Of a DNA stretch of 64,000 nucleotides, positions 15,855 to 29,999 are shown in pieces. A program made the position numbers and the translations under genes. Source of the DNA: Malacoraja senta (Eukaryota). The stretch is from assembly GCA_038087875.1 (NCBI GenBank), contig CM075989.1:6014001-6078000 (forward strand), written 5' to 3'. The notes below the pieces were generated by a model. That model was not told where the DNA came from, did not search any database, and worked only from the letters and a program-made list of their open reading frames with translations. The first letter of the stretch is position 1. Every line of letters starts with the position of its first letter.

Positions 15855-16340
15855 AATCATAGAGTGATACAGCATGAAAATAGGCCCTTCGGCCCAACTT
15901 GCCCATACCGGCCAACATACCCATCTGTCCGCTTTTGATCCATATCCCTCCAAACCTGTCCTATCCATGTACCTGTCTAACTGTTTCTTAAATGTTGGGA
16001 TAGTCCCAGCCTCAACTACCTCCTCTGGCAGCTTGTTCCATACACCCACCACCCTTTGTGTGAAAAAGTCACCCTTCAGACTCCTATTTAATCTTTTCCC
16101 CTTCACCTTAAACCTATGTCCTCTGGTCCTTGATTCACCTACTCTGTGCATCTACCCTATCTATTCCTCTCATGATTTTATACACCTCTATAAGACCCCC
16201 CCCCCCTCCCTTTTCCTCCTGCGCTCCAAGGAATAGAGTCCCAACCTACTCACCCTCTCCCTATAGCTCAGACCCTCTAGTCCTGGCAACATCCTTGTAA
16301 ATCTTCTCTGTACCCTTTCCAGCTTGACAACATCTTTCCT
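15855..16340 (-). mobile_element. CR1 3' fragment
   Basis: RTRGHRFKVKG...FFTQRVVGVWNKLPEEVV. Confidence 0.88.
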
Positions 16341-17214
16341 GTCGTGCCCACGGTGCCCAGAACTGAACTCAATAGCGGTGAGTGCCTGCCACGCGCTGCC
16401 AGGACTGGAGATATGATAGTGGCATTTAAAAGTCTTTTAGATGGGCCCATGGATATGCAGGGAATGGTGGGATGTGGATCAATGTACAAGCGAGGAGATT
16501 ACTTTAACTTGGTGTCATGTTCGGTATGGACAGTGTGGGCCGAAGGGCCTGTTCCTGTGCTATACTATTCTATGTTTTATGTTATGTTGTATATGGAAGC
16601 AATAAAGTATGATTTGACTAAGATAGACACAAAAAGCTGGAATAACTCAGCGGGTCAGGCAGCATCTCTAGAGAAAAGGAATAGGTGATATTTTGGGGTC
16701 GAGAGCCGCAACTGCACCGATCCCTTCTCTCCTGAGATGCTGCCTGACCCGCTGAGTGACTCCAGCTTTTTGTGTCTATGTTCGGTTTAAACCAGCATCT
16801 ACACTTTGTTTGACATATTTGAATCTTGAGTGTTGGTTAGAAATCTGTGAATGTTTCACAGAGACGAGTCTTCTTCTTGGCCATCCAAGCCACTTTATAT
16901 TTCTCAGGAAGATGCTTTTTATGCATCACCGTGGTCAATGGAGCTTGAAATGGTGATGGTGTAAACAAAGACTGCGCACTCATCCCTGACCTTGTAATCT
17001 CACGCAGAGCGTTCACCTTCAGCATTTCCAGAATCGCATTAGCAACTCATTATGCTCCAGCGAGGCAAAGTGAAGGATGTTCCTTCACCAAGAACCGTAT
17101 CACTTCAGTTGATCAATTGCAATCAACATCCCTGTGCGGATAGGAACGCAGCCAGGTGCCACAGTACCACACACCTTGTTGCCTTTGGAAGCCGGACCAG
17201 TATCTCAACATATA

Positions 17215-17637
17215 TGGGCCTGGACCCGTTGGAGTTTAGAAGAATGAGGGGGGACCTCATTGAAATGTACAGAATAGTGAAAGGCTTGGATAGAGTGGAT
17301 GGGGAGAGGATGTTTCCACCAGTGGGAGAGTCTAGGACCAGAGGGCATAGCCTCAGAATTAAAGGACATTATTTTAAGAAGAAGATGAGGAAGAATTTCT
17401 TTAGTCAGAGGGTGGTGAATCTGTGGAATTCTTTGCCACAGAAGGGTGTGGAGGCAAGGTCAGTGAATATATTTAAGGCAGAGATAAATAGATTATTGAT
17501 TAGTACGGGGTGTCAGTTATGGGGAGAGGGCAGGAGAATGGGGTTTGGAGGGGGAGATAGATCAGCCATGATTGAATGGCGGAGTAGACTTGATGGGCCA
17601 AATGGCCTAATTCTGCTCCTATCACTTATGATCTTAT
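17215..17637 (+). mobile_element. CR1 3' fragment
   Basis: LEFRRMRGDLIEMY...RTRGHSLRIKG...FFSQRVVNLWNSLP. Confidence 0.9.
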
Positions 17638-17984
17638 GATCAACATGTACGTTTGGAAAACTTTCTCCTTTGTACTTCTTCTTCTTATCGAGTCCAAACA
17701 CAAGATTAGAAGTTGTTCAGCCAGAGCTGAACACACATCTCAGCATCTGCACACAATGGTGTCTGTCTTGTCCTTCTTGTGCATGGTGGTGGTGTTAGAG
17801 CTAGTGTGCAGGGATCGCAGGTCGGTGCGGACTCGGTGCGGACTCGGTGGGCCTGTTTCCGCGCTGTAACTCGAAAAAAATAACTGCCTTGCATGTCGGT
17901 TTGAATGTGGGATCGAGCATGAATTGAGTCCATTCATCAGTTATCCACACAGGCATTTATCGTCCAACGCGTAATCCAAGAGTC

Positions 17985-18545
17985 CAGAGAAGATTTACGA
18001 GGATGTTGCCAGGAGTCGTGGGCCTGAGCTATAGGGCAGGCCAGGACGTTATTGCTTGGAGCGCAGGAGAATGAGGGTGATATAGTTCATGAGGGGAATA
18101 GTTGGGGTAGAAGCACAGTGTTTTTTTTACCCAGAGTAGGGGAATCAAGAACCAGCGGTCATAGGTTTAGGGTGAGAGGGGAAGATATTTAATAGGAACT
18201 GGAGGGGCAACTTTTTCACTCAAAGGGTGATGGTGATGGGTATATGGAACGAGCTGCCAAATGAGGCACAGGTGTTGAAGCAAGTACTATAGCAAGATTT
18301 AAAAGGCATTTGGACAGGTACATGGATGGGAAAGCTTTAGGTCATAAGGTCGTAGGTGACAGGAGTAGAATTAGGCCATTCGGCCCATCAAGTCTACTCC
18401 GCCTCTCAATCATGGCTGGTCTATCTCTCACTCCTGAGAGGGATCTGGACCAGACGTGGGCAGCTGGGACCTGTGTAGATGGGACATTTTGGTCAGCATG
18501 GGGACATTGGGCTAGGGACCTGTTTCCATGCTGTATGAGTCTACG
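17985..18545 (+). mobile_element. CR1 3' fragment (degraded, nested)
   Basis: Colinear with the other CR1 tails. Confidence 0.8.
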
Positions 18546-18560
18546 AATGTGACACGCTCG

Positions 18561-19070
18561 GGCGGCACGGTGGTGCAGCGGTAGAGTTGCTGCCTTACAG
18601 CGCCAGAGACCCGGGTTTGTAGGTTAATTGGCTTGGTAGAATTGTAAATTGGCCCCAGTGCGTATAGAATAGTGTTAGTGTGCGGGGATCGCTGGTCAAT
18701 AGACAATAGACAATAGGTGCAGGAGTAGGCCATTCGGCCCTTCAAGCCAGCACCACCATGCAATGTGATCATGGCTGATCATCCACAATCAGTACCCCGT
18801 TCCTGCCTTCTCCCCATATCCCCTGACACCGCTATCTTCAAGAGCCCTATCTAGTCTCCCTTGAAAGTATCCAGAGAAGTGGCCTCCACCGCCTTCTGAG
18901 GCAGAGAATTCCACAGGCTCAAAAAAAAGTGTTTCTTCATCTCCGTTCTAAATGGCTTACCCCTTAATCTTAATCTGTGACCCCTTATTCTCAATCAGGA
19001 ATAATCCTTATTCCTGTGGACTAGATGGGCCGAAGGGCCTGTTTCCTCACTGTATCTCTGAACTAAACTA
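18561..19070 (+). mobile_element. V-SINE interrupted by a minus-strand CR1 3' end (about 18700-18990)
   Basis: Head at 18561; tail GGGCCGAAGGGCCTGTTTCC at about 19027. Confidence 0.8.
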
Positions 19071-19557
19071 CACTCAAGTCGCAATGCAGTGACAAGTATT
19101 TTTGCAAAGCAATCAGTGTTCCACAAAATGGTTTTCTATTTGTCACCCCTAGCCTGTGATTGCAGCTTCCTGATAACATTTCTCAAGTGACGCTGTGTTG
19201 AAATGGTTTCACAGGTTTGCAATTACTTCAGGCTCGTCCAGTGCCTAATGCATATCTGACCCCATTTCTATTCACAGCATCATCTTCATGCTCGGCATAT
19301 CCTCACCGCAGGCATTTTCATCTCCATTTTAATGATGTTATTCACCTTGCAAAACATCTGCATCAGAGCTTTGTTGTAACTGTTGAGATCACCTATATTC
19401 CTTTTCTCCAGAGATGCAGCCTGACCCGCTGAGTTACTCCAGCATTTTCGAGATCATTCCGGGAATATGCTCCCAGATTGCTCTGTCTTCCACTTCAACT
19501 TTCATTCAGCTTTTCATTTCAGCGGCTATAGGTTTTGCAGATACCCCACTGTTGTAA

Positions 19558-19869
19558 AGTTTAGCTTAGATTAGTTTAGTTTAAAGATACAGCAGTGGAT
19601 ACAGGCCTTTTCGGCCGACTGAGTCCGCGCCGACCAGTGACCCCCACACACTAACACGCCAGGGACAATTTACATTTACACCAAGCCAATTAACCTACAA
19701 TGCTGTACGCCTTTGGAGTGTGGGAGGAAACCGAAGATCTCGGAGAAAACCCACGGGGAGAACGTACAAACTTCGTACAGACAGCACCCATAGTCAAGAT
19801 AGAACCCGGGACTCTGTCGCTGTAAGCACTATAAGGTAGCAACTCTACCGCTGCACCACTGTGCTGCCC
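19558..19869 (-). mobile_element. V-SINE (HE1-like)
   Basis: Match to the other copies. Confidence 0.9.
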
Positions 19870-20024
19870 AATTCTCCCACGTCGTGCAGTAGTCTGCTCC
19901 CAAGATTTACCGAGATTGTGAGCCCCCAGAAGCACCAGGCTAACGTGATCACGGTGCCCTGATGACTTTTGTCACTTTGATTTCCATGACTCTTTTCCAT
20001 CCCATCCCCGTTACCACTGTGAAC

Positions 20025-21261
<1,237 letters not shown>

Positions 21262-22367
21262 TAAGTGGAGGTTTAACTCTTACAAATCCCATTGCAGAGT
21301 GTACAGGTAGAACGACATGCGAGTCAAGCAAGCAGTGTCTAGAGGGAAGATAGACACAAAAAGCTGGAGTAACTCAGCGGGTCGGGACTTCTTCAGAGGG
21401 ATAAGGGCCAAACACAGGCAAATGGGACTAGCCTAGATGGGGCATCTTGGTCTGCATGGATGAGTTGGGCTGAAGGGCCTCTTTCCATGCCATGTGACTA
21501 TGACTCAATAGTTCTATTTAAAGGCACCACTCGTATACAAAATGCACTGTTTAAGACACGTGGTATAAATGGCATTACATACACAAGACTGATGAAACCA
21601 TGTATATTCTTGCCTCAAGAGTATCCAACCTCATGCTCACTACAACGATAGCAACAGAATCTTGTTTAGCCTCAATATTCCCTGCCCCATCTCCCCAGAG
21701 TTTACCCACCAGTTTCCCATGTTCAACCAAGTGAGACCATCATTAGTTTTTAATATTCAGGCAGAAATTTATGCCCCTTATAGAACAGTAGGGAAGCTCC
21801 CAGAAATAACCAGGAAAACAAGCCTTGCTTTAGTGTGGGGCACTCAATAATCAGTTTGGTCAAAAGGAATCATGTCACCAGAGCCTATGAATAGAGGTGT
21901 ACAAAATCATGAGAGGAGTGGATAAGGTGAATGGCCATCATCTTTTATCCTAGGTTAGAGGAGTGCTGAGAAAGAGGGCTTTAGGTGAAAGGGGCAAGAT
22001 GAGGGGCAATTTGTTTCACACAGTAGGTGGTATGTATCTGGAACACGCTCCCAGAGATAGCTGTAGAGGCTGGTGTTTACATTTAGGCAGGTACTGTCAT
22101 GGATAGGGATGCAGCCAAAACATATAAAATGTGGTCAGCATGAACGAGTTGGGCCGAAGGGCCTATTTCTAAGCTCCATATCTCAATGAGTACCTTCCAT
22201 GCACCTTCTTCTGCAAAGAGGATTAATGATCAGAACATAGAACATAGAAAATTCCAGCAGTGAAAGAGACCCTTCAGCCCACAATGTCCGTGTTGTATAC
22301 AATGTCAAGGTAAAGTAGTCCCATTTGCCTAGGCATGATCTATACTTCTCCAGCATATTCATGTGCC

Positions 22368-22578
22368 GGTGACCTGCGTGGGTATTCTCCGGGAGTTCCA
22401 GTCTCCTCCCACACTCCAAAGACGTACAGGTTTGTACGTGAATTGGCTTTGGTAAAATTCTAAATTGTCCCTAGTGTGTGTAGGGTAGCGTTAACGTGCG
22501 GGGATCGCAGGTCGGCGCGGACTCGGTGGGCCAAAGGGCCTGTTTCCACGCTGTATCTCCAAACTAAACTAAACTAAA
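22368..22578 (+). mobile_element. 5'-truncated V-SINE nested in a CR1 fragment
   Basis: V-domain and tail only. Confidence 0.85.
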
Positions 22579-22752
22579 AGCCTCTTAAATGCCCCTGATG
22601 TTTCTGCCTCCACCACCACCCCTGGGGCCGTGGTTTACCAGCCACTCAGCTCTCTCTGTGTAAAAAAATGCCCCTCAAGATGATCTGCGTGAGATATGCT
22701 GAATGAGAGAAAAATAGTGACCTGGGATAACTTTTAATCCAGCTCATTTTTT

Positions 22753-23020
22753 TTAGTTTAGTTTTTTATATAAACAGGCCTTTCGGCCTACCGAGTCTGC
22801 GCGGACCAACAATCCTCGCACAGTAACACTATCCAACACAATAGGAACAATTTACAAATGTTTCAGGCCAATTAGCCTACAAACCTGTACGTCTTTGGAG
22901 TGTGGGAGGAAACTGGAGCGCCCGGAGAAAATCTAGGTGGTCACAGGGAGAAACTCCATACGGACAGCACTTGTAGTCAGGATCGAACCCGGGTCTCTGG
23001 TGCAGCCAACGTGCCACCTC
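22753..23020 (-). mobile_element. V-SINE
   Basis: Match to the other copies. Confidence 0.85.
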
Positions 23021-23084
23021 TTCCTCGGTAAATTGTCCCGGGAACATTAACTCCTACCCGTGAATGTAAACACAGCTTCATCTT

Positions 23085-23230
23085 AATGTTCCACCTGCAA
23101 GAGAGCCGCTCTGACAGGGCAGCATCCCCTCAGTACCGCACAGGAGCCCAGGTTTGCGTGGTCATTTCTCTAGAACAGGGCTTGAACCCACAGTCTCCTG
23201 ACATGGGCAAGAAAATGCAACCAAGCCGAA
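23085..23230 (-). mobile_element. Old DeuSINE (SacSINE1-like) 5' fragment
   Basis: Minus strand has TGTGGGTTCAAGCCC (B box), then GTACTGAGGGGATGCTGCCCTGTCAGAG, resembling my recollection of the SacSINE1/AmnSINE1 body. Confidence 0.5.
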
Positions 23231-23403
23231 AGTTGAAATAAGTATCCAAAAGAGAAACTGAACATATTCTTTACGATGAACTGGCAGATGGATTGAAAGT
23301 CCTGAAAATGCTGCACTGTTAGTTGCTAATTTGTGATTGTGTCAGTAACTTGTTGCTAATTTGTTCGTGCTTACTATGACGATAGGCACAAATGCTTGAG
23401 TAA

Positions 23404-23955
23404 AGGCTCTGTCTCACGGTGTTGCGGTCATCGGCGGTGAAGCGCGGCTTCGCCTGTAGAGGGGACCGCACGGCAACGGCGAGAGCGCCGAGCCTATGCC
23501 ACGGGAGCGCCACACGGATGCTGCGCAGGGGCCGAGTGATTTAAATACGGCTGGTCCCACGAGCTTGCGGTAAGTAAAAAAAAGGGCGGGCCGACTGTGA
23601 TGACGTCATTTTGGATCTGCTGGGCTGTGGCGGCGTCCGTGCTGATCGTGACGCTGTAGCGGTGGCTGTGGCGCCGGCCGTGCCGCACACGTGACTCACT
23701 AGCGGCGGCTGTGGCAGCAGCTGTGCTGATCGCGGCGCTGTAGCGGTGGCTGTGGCGGCGGCCGTGCCGCACTCGTGCCTCACTGGCGGAGGCTGTGCGG
23801 TAGGGACATATTTTTGAACATTGTTGGTTTTATTTTAGCACCGTGCGGTGCCGCGGAATTGTGCGTTTGACCGAGTGCGCGGTCTATGGCGGCCCAGGAG
23901 CGGTAGATTCTTCCTGTTTCGCCGCCAATGACCGCAGACTCGTGAGACAGGCCTT
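23404..23955. mobile_element. MITE, TAA TSD, internal dimer of about 84 bp
   Basis: TAA-AGGCTCTGTCTCACG...CGTGAGACAGGCCTT-TAA, inside a PLE terminus. Confidence 0.85.
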
Positions 23956-24032
23956 TAACAAAGCGGGTCAGGCAGCATCTCTGGAGAAAAGGAATAGGTG
24001 ACGTTTCGGGTCGAGACTCAACATCAGACTGA

Positions 24033-24526
24033 AGGGCCTGTCCAGTTTCACGACTTAATCCAAAACCTCTGCCGAGTTTAAAGGACCTAAAAAAAAAAAA
24101 TCAAGATTTTGGTAATCTACGAACTCCTATGACCTCCCACGAATATGCTCACGAACTGGAATGACAGAGGTCACGTGCTGAGCTACCGAGCTACGAGTAC
24201 CCACGAATATCTACGAGTACCCACGACTACCTACGACTACCCTCACGGCCTACTGCAGTCTGCCCACGAACTAACTACAAGTAAAAAGTTGCAATTTCTT
24301 TCATCCCGACTATTTTTTTACTCGTGGACATTTTTCATCGGGCTGGAAAAAACTTCCCGACTTACCTGATGCCCCAAGTACCTACGGCTGGCATAACGAG
24401 CCGCTACGATATATCTACAAACTCCTAGGGCCTCCTACGGACTCGTTACGAACGTTCTGCGAGTTTGAATCAAGGGGAAAACTCGGGAGAATTCGTGAAT
24501 TATCTCGTGAAAGTGGGACAGGCCCT
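24033..24526. mobile_element. MITE, TGA TSD
   Basis: TGA-AGGGCCTGTCCAGTTTCACGA...TCGTGAAAGTGGGACAGGCCCT-TGA. Confidence 0.85.
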
Positions 24527-24977
24527 TGAGAGTCAGGGAGAGGGAAACCTTTCTTACTGTGGTTCAGTTATTATATGCCTGTATTCCTACTGAATTAATT
24601 GTCCAAGTTCCCTGCTTGGATGCCTCCATTCATCCGCTGGAGAAGTGGCGGAGGTTGATAGGATCCATCACCAATTGTGGACCTACTACCACTTTCCAGC
24701 AATGTTTTACATATTTGACGCTTTTTTTCCCTTCTCTCCTGGTTTGTCTCTCCACCACCCTGGCCTTTCCACCTTTGATAAATTAACCTTGACATTGTGG
24801 AAACAAAGAACTGCAGGTGCTGGTTTATACTGAAGATAGACACAAAGAGCTGGAATAACTCAACTGGTCAGGCAGCATCTCTGCCTGACCCGCTGAGTTG
24901 CTCCAAAACTTTGTGTCTAACCTTGGCATTGTGTTGTGCTTTCCCATGTAATTAGCGGAGCTCCAGGGATTTCATGT

Positions 24978-25298
24978 TTTTAGTTTAGTTTAGTTTAGTT
25001 TAGAGATACAGCGCGGAAACAGGCCCTTCGTCCCACCGAGTCCGCGCCGACCAGCGATCCCCGCACATTAACACAAGTCTACAGACACACAAGGGACAAT
25101 TTATATCAAGTATTACAAACTTAAACCAATTAACCTACAAACCTGTACGTTTTGGGAGTGTGTGGGGAAACCGAAGATCTCGGGGAAAAAAAGCACGCGG
25201 TCACAGCGAGAACGTACAGACAAGCACCCGTAGTCGGGATCGAACCCGGGTCTCTGGCGCTGTGAGCGCTGTAAGGCAGCAACTCTACGGCTGCACCT
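24978..25298 (-). mobile_element. V-SINE
   Basis: B box, V-domain and tail present. Confidence 0.9.
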
Positions 25299-25521
25299 GA
25301 CCTAGATTTCATTTCTTGGTGTCTCGAACATTAATTGCGATTTCCCATTTCATTTTTTTTTCTGGTTGTGAACCCACAGGAATGTGGGCCATTTTACCAA
25401 GCTGCTGGCAAGTCACTTCAGGCTTTTTTTACCATCTGCCCGACAGGAGAAGGGAGGAGAGGGAATGACCGGGGTGTAGAGATCCTTCATTATGTCGGCT
25501 GTTTCCCGAGGCAACATTAGT

Positions 25522-25955
25522 GTAAGTAAGTAAGTAAGTAAGTAAATATTATTTATATAGCACATTTAAATCAACTCGCGTTGAAACCAAAGTGCTTTAC
25601 ATGAAAGAAATAATAAAAAAAATAATAACGTTTCCGTACATCCATAGAAAAATTTAAAAATCAGAAAAATGACACAACACATTATAGAATTCAACAAGAA
25701 CGTCCCCCCCCCCCCCCCCCACAACAGAATCAAAATTTTCCACTGTGGGGATAGGCAACAAAAAGTTAAGTCCTCTTCCTCTGTGAAACACCCAAGGTCG
25801 GGGCCTATTTGTGGCCTCCACAGCCAGTACGATGTTTTCAGGCCCTCTTTGCCGGAAAGCTGGAACTCCGGCGTCGGGTGAATACTACTCAGCGGCTTCG
25901 AAAATGTCTGGAGCGGCCGCTCCCTCCCCGGAGACCGCGGCACCCGTAGTCCTCA
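25522..25955 (-). mobile_element. GC-rich retroposon fragment with L2-type tail
   Basis: Core at 25719-25756 matches the reverse complement of 32140-32182; tail TGTAAAGCACTTTGG...AAATGTGCTATATAAAT plus (TTAC)n. Confidence 0.65.
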
Positions 25956-25974
25956 GGCCGCGTTAGTGTAAACT

Positions 25975-26550
25975 TTTAAAATCTTTTCCCTGTACGGAGG
26001 ACCCGACCTTTCTCTGTCGGGTCTCCGTTGTCGTTGGGGCTTAGCACCGTGGAGAGGCCTCCAACCGGAACGACCTGGGGCTCCAGTCGCGGAGGCTGCG
26101 ACCCGACCCCGGAGATTCGGAGGCTCCAGCCGCAGGTCTGGTGGACGGTGACATCGGGAGCCCGCGGGTCCCTGGTGGGTGACCGCTTTTTGGAGCTCCC
26201 GCAACGGCGACTTCTCCCGCCCGAGCTGCGGGGTTTAGGATTACCTGGAGCGGGGCCTTGCATCGCCCGGCGTGGCTTTAATGTCCGCGGGACTTATTTA
26301 CCATCGTCCGCCGGGGGCTTTGACTTTGACATCGGGAGGAGAATGGGGAGTGCAGGGGAGAGATGCAGTAAGACTTTGCCTTCCATCACAGCGAGGAGGA
26401 GATTCGCTGTGATGGATGTTTGTGTAAATTGTGTTGTGTCTTGGTTCTTCTACTTGTTTGTATGACTGCAGAAACCAAATTTCGTTTGAACCTCAATGAG
26501 GTTCAAATGACAACAAATAAATTGTATAATTGTATCATATTGTATCATTG
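25975..26550 (+). mobile_element. GC-rich non-autonomous retroposon, 5'-truncated
   Basis: Shared core hairpin at 26382-26416; tail hairpin TTTGAACCTCAATGAGGTTCAAA, then AATAAA and TTGTAT repeats. Confidence 0.7.
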
Positions 26551-26718
26551 TATCATGGCTGATCGTCCCCAATCAATAACCCGTGCCTGCCTTCTCCCCA
26601 TATCCCTTGTTTCCACTAGCCCCTAGAGCTCTATCTAACTCTCTCTTATTAGAAATAGAAATAGTTTTCACACCTTACCCTTCCATGTCTCTTGTTTCCC
26701 TCTCTCCTGACTCTCAGT

Positions 26719-26746
26719 CTGAAGAAGGGTCTCGACCCGAAACGTG
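26719..26746 (+). ncRNA. Hammerhead motif with mutated cleavage triplet (GUG)
   Basis: CTGAAGAAGGGTCTCGACCCGAAACGTG within a PLE terminus at about 26665-26815. Confidence 0.55.
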
Positions 26747-27424
26747 ACCCATTCCTTCACTCCAGAGATGCTGCCTCACCCGCTGAGTTACTCCATCTTT
26801 TTGTGTCTATCTTTAGTGTAGATAGAATTGATGGGAGGGAGGCTGGTTTGTGTACTGGACTGGACTGAGCCCACAACTCTACAATTTCTTGCGGCTCTAG
26901 GTGGGGAAGCTGCTAAAACCAAGCTGCAATGCATCCTGAAAGGACCTTTGCACAGCATCCTCTAAAAAATTGATCCAAGGTCACCTTTGAAGTATCGCCA
27001 TGGAGCGCCACACACCTGGGAGTTGCTGGTTTAGCTTTGCCGATAGGTTATCACTGGAAACATCGGTCTACATTATCAATGGTTCAACCTGCTAATTCGA
27101 CCCATCGTCCCCTTAAAATTATTTTTATGAAATCATAGATATTAGTCATTGAGGAATCCTTTTCTGGCTTCTTGCAATAGGATGTTGACATCAGGTTATT
27201 AGTAAGATTGAATGAGAACCAGGCAGCTCTGGCTTTGCACAGAGGAACGTATTAAAACAACACAACACAACAAAAATCATTACATGCCTGAGGGGAGAAG
27301 GGAATTAAATCTCTCTGGTCCAAACACCTCAAAGCAATGCCACTGTGCTGCATTTAAAGCAGCATCTATATTTTATGCTTACCGTTGAAGCTCTGTTTAA
27401 ATTTGTTTTTTATAAATCCGTAAG

Positions 27425-27755
27425 TTACAGCAGCAGGATTAGGATATTCGGCCCATCAAGTCTACTCTGCCATTTAATCATGGCTGATCTATCATTCCCT
27501 CTTCTCCTGTCTTCTCCCCATATCTCCTGACACCTGTACTAATCAAGAATCTGTCATTCTTAAAAATATCCATTGACGGCCTCCACAGCCTTCTGTGGCA
27601 ATGAATTCCACACATTCACCACCCTCTGACTAAAGAAATTCCTAAAGGTACATCCTTTTATTCTGAGGCTGTGGCTTCTGGTCCTAGACTCTCCCACTAG
27701 TGGTAACATCCTCTCCACATCCACTCTATCCAGGCCTTTCATTATTCAGTAAGCT
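27425..27755 (-). mobile_element. CR1 3' fragment
   Basis: KGLDRVDVERM...FFSQRVVNVWNSLP. Confidence 0.88.
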
Positions 27756-28059
27756 TCAGAGAATTCTCAACATACTGTGGAAGCAAGAGCTAACAGGGCC
27801 AAGAAAGTTTCTCTCTATGGCGATAGCACTGATAGCTATGATACATTGCAGCTTGTTATTCTAACCGCTATGTTTACCCACTGCGCTGCATGGCGTGATA
27901 AGCAGCATCAGTCTATTGAAGCTTGTTCCATAAGTCAAAATCCTTAGCCTAAGTGAATTCATCTTCACCAATGGAGCACTCTGTTTATGGGCAAGGTGAT
28001 CAAAAACAATATGTTTGCAGACTATAGAGTAGGGAAGCATTCAAATGGTCTTTCAATTC

Positions 28060-28845
28060 GAGTCATAGAGTCATACAGCATGGAAACGAGCCCTTTGGCC
28101 CAACTTGCCCAAGCTGACCAAGGTGTCCAATTATCAAACAATCTGTGTGTTTAGTCACTGGTGAATGGTGAGTGCACAAAGACTTTTCCCCAGAGGAGGG
28201 AAATCAAGAACCAGAGGACATAGGCTTAAGGTGAGAGGGGAAAGATTTAATAGGACCACGAGGGAAATCCTTTCACAAAGAGGGTGGTGAGGATATGGAC
28301 TGGGCCGGCAGATGAGCTTGTCCAGCTATGGCACTACAATAGCATGTAAAAGACACTTGAACAGGTACATAGATACAAAAGGTTAGAGAGGATATGGGCC
28401 AAATGTGGGCAAATGGGACCAGCTTGGATAGAGAATCTTGGTCGGCATGGACAAGTTGGGCCTGTTTCCGTGCTGCATAACTCTACGACTGATACAATAT
28501 CTAAACTGATGGAGCAGTAACCTTCCATTACTGAAAACCTAATTCTCATGGTTACGTATCTCTCTTTGCTTTTTCTCCCCCTTCCATTCAGAAGTAATCC
28601 AGAGACCTGACATCCAGGTGATCTCATAGAGTCTTAGAGTCATACCGCATGGAAACGGGCCCTTTGGCCCAACTTGACCCACGCTGACTAACGTGCCCAA
28701 TCTACACTAGTCCCACCTGCCTGCGCTTCGCCCATATCCCTCTAAACCTACCATATCCATGCACCTGTCTAAACATTTCTTAAACGTTGCCATAGTATCT
28801 GCCCCAACTACCTCCTCCGGCAGCTCGTTCCATACACCCACCCGA
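28060..28845. mobile_element. Cluster of CR1 3' fragments, both strands
   Basis: Colinear with the other CR1 tails. Confidence 0.78.
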
Positions 28846-29238
28846 GATCTACTCATGCGGCTGAGTTCAGGAATGTTTGGATGGATACGTCAAGGTCCTG
28901 CCATCCATCTCTATCTTGTATTCAAGAGTACATGTCCCCTTTGGGTTCTGTCCTGAGAACTGTTCATAACCCAAACAGTTTGCAAGTCGGGAATGTGTGC
29001 GCAAACTAAGTTCCCACTCTGCGCTACCTCGATCTAAATTTAGCATCTATCTGGAGCTAAATCTGTTAATATCAGCAATTTTATTAAGAATGGCAAAATG
29101 TCAATCAGCTGGAGCCGACAAATAGCCGACAAATCGATCCCACAATGCTCATTCATATGTACGGGCTGTAAATAAGCTGGGGTTGACTTGTAAGAGATTT
29201 TAAATGAATCATGTTAAGTGTAGCTTCTTCATGTAATC

Positions 29239-29546
29239 TAGTTTAGTATAGAGATACAGCACGGAAACAGGACCATCGGCCCACCGAGTCCGCACCGGCC
29301 AGCGATCCCCGCACATTAACACTATCCTGCACACACTAGGGCAATTTACATTTACACCAAGCCACTTAACTTACAAACCTGTACGTCTTACAAATCTAGT
29401 GTGGGAGGAAACTGAAGATCTCGGAGAAAACTCACGCAGGTCACGGGGAGAAGGAACACAATCTGTACAGACAGCCGCTGTAGTATCAAACCCGGGTCTG
29501 TGGCGCTGTAAGGCAGTAGTTCTACCACTGCGCCACCGTGCTGCCC
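29239..29546 (-). mobile_element. V-SINE
   Basis: Match to the other copies. Confidence 0.9.
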
Positions 29547-29693
29547 ACAGTCAAATCTTTTTAATACAGACCCTTTTGCTTTAAAGCACAATGATATTAC
29601 AGCCCAGATAGACACATAATCACACATTAGCTGGAGTAACTCAGCATTTTGTGTGTATCCTTATATAACCAGGATCTGTAGTTCCTTCCTACA

Positions 29694-29755
<62 letters not shown>

Positions 29756-29782
29756 GTCTTATATACAGATATACACTATATT

Positions 29783-29985
29783 GGAAGGATTGCAGATGCT
29801 GGTTTAAATCAAAGATAGACGCAACATGCTGGAGTGACTCAGTGGGACAGGCAGGATCTCTGGAGAGAAGGAATGGGTGAAGTTTCAGGTCAAGACCCTT
29901 CTTCAGACTGATCCATCACCCATTCCTCCTCTCAAGAGATGCTGCCTGTCCCGTTGAGTTACTCCAGCATTTTGTGTCTCTCTTC
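29783..29985. mobile_element. Inverted pair of PLE termini
   Basis: Same family arms in opposite orientation. Confidence 0.75.
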
Positions 29986-29999
29986 TTGTTATATATATA

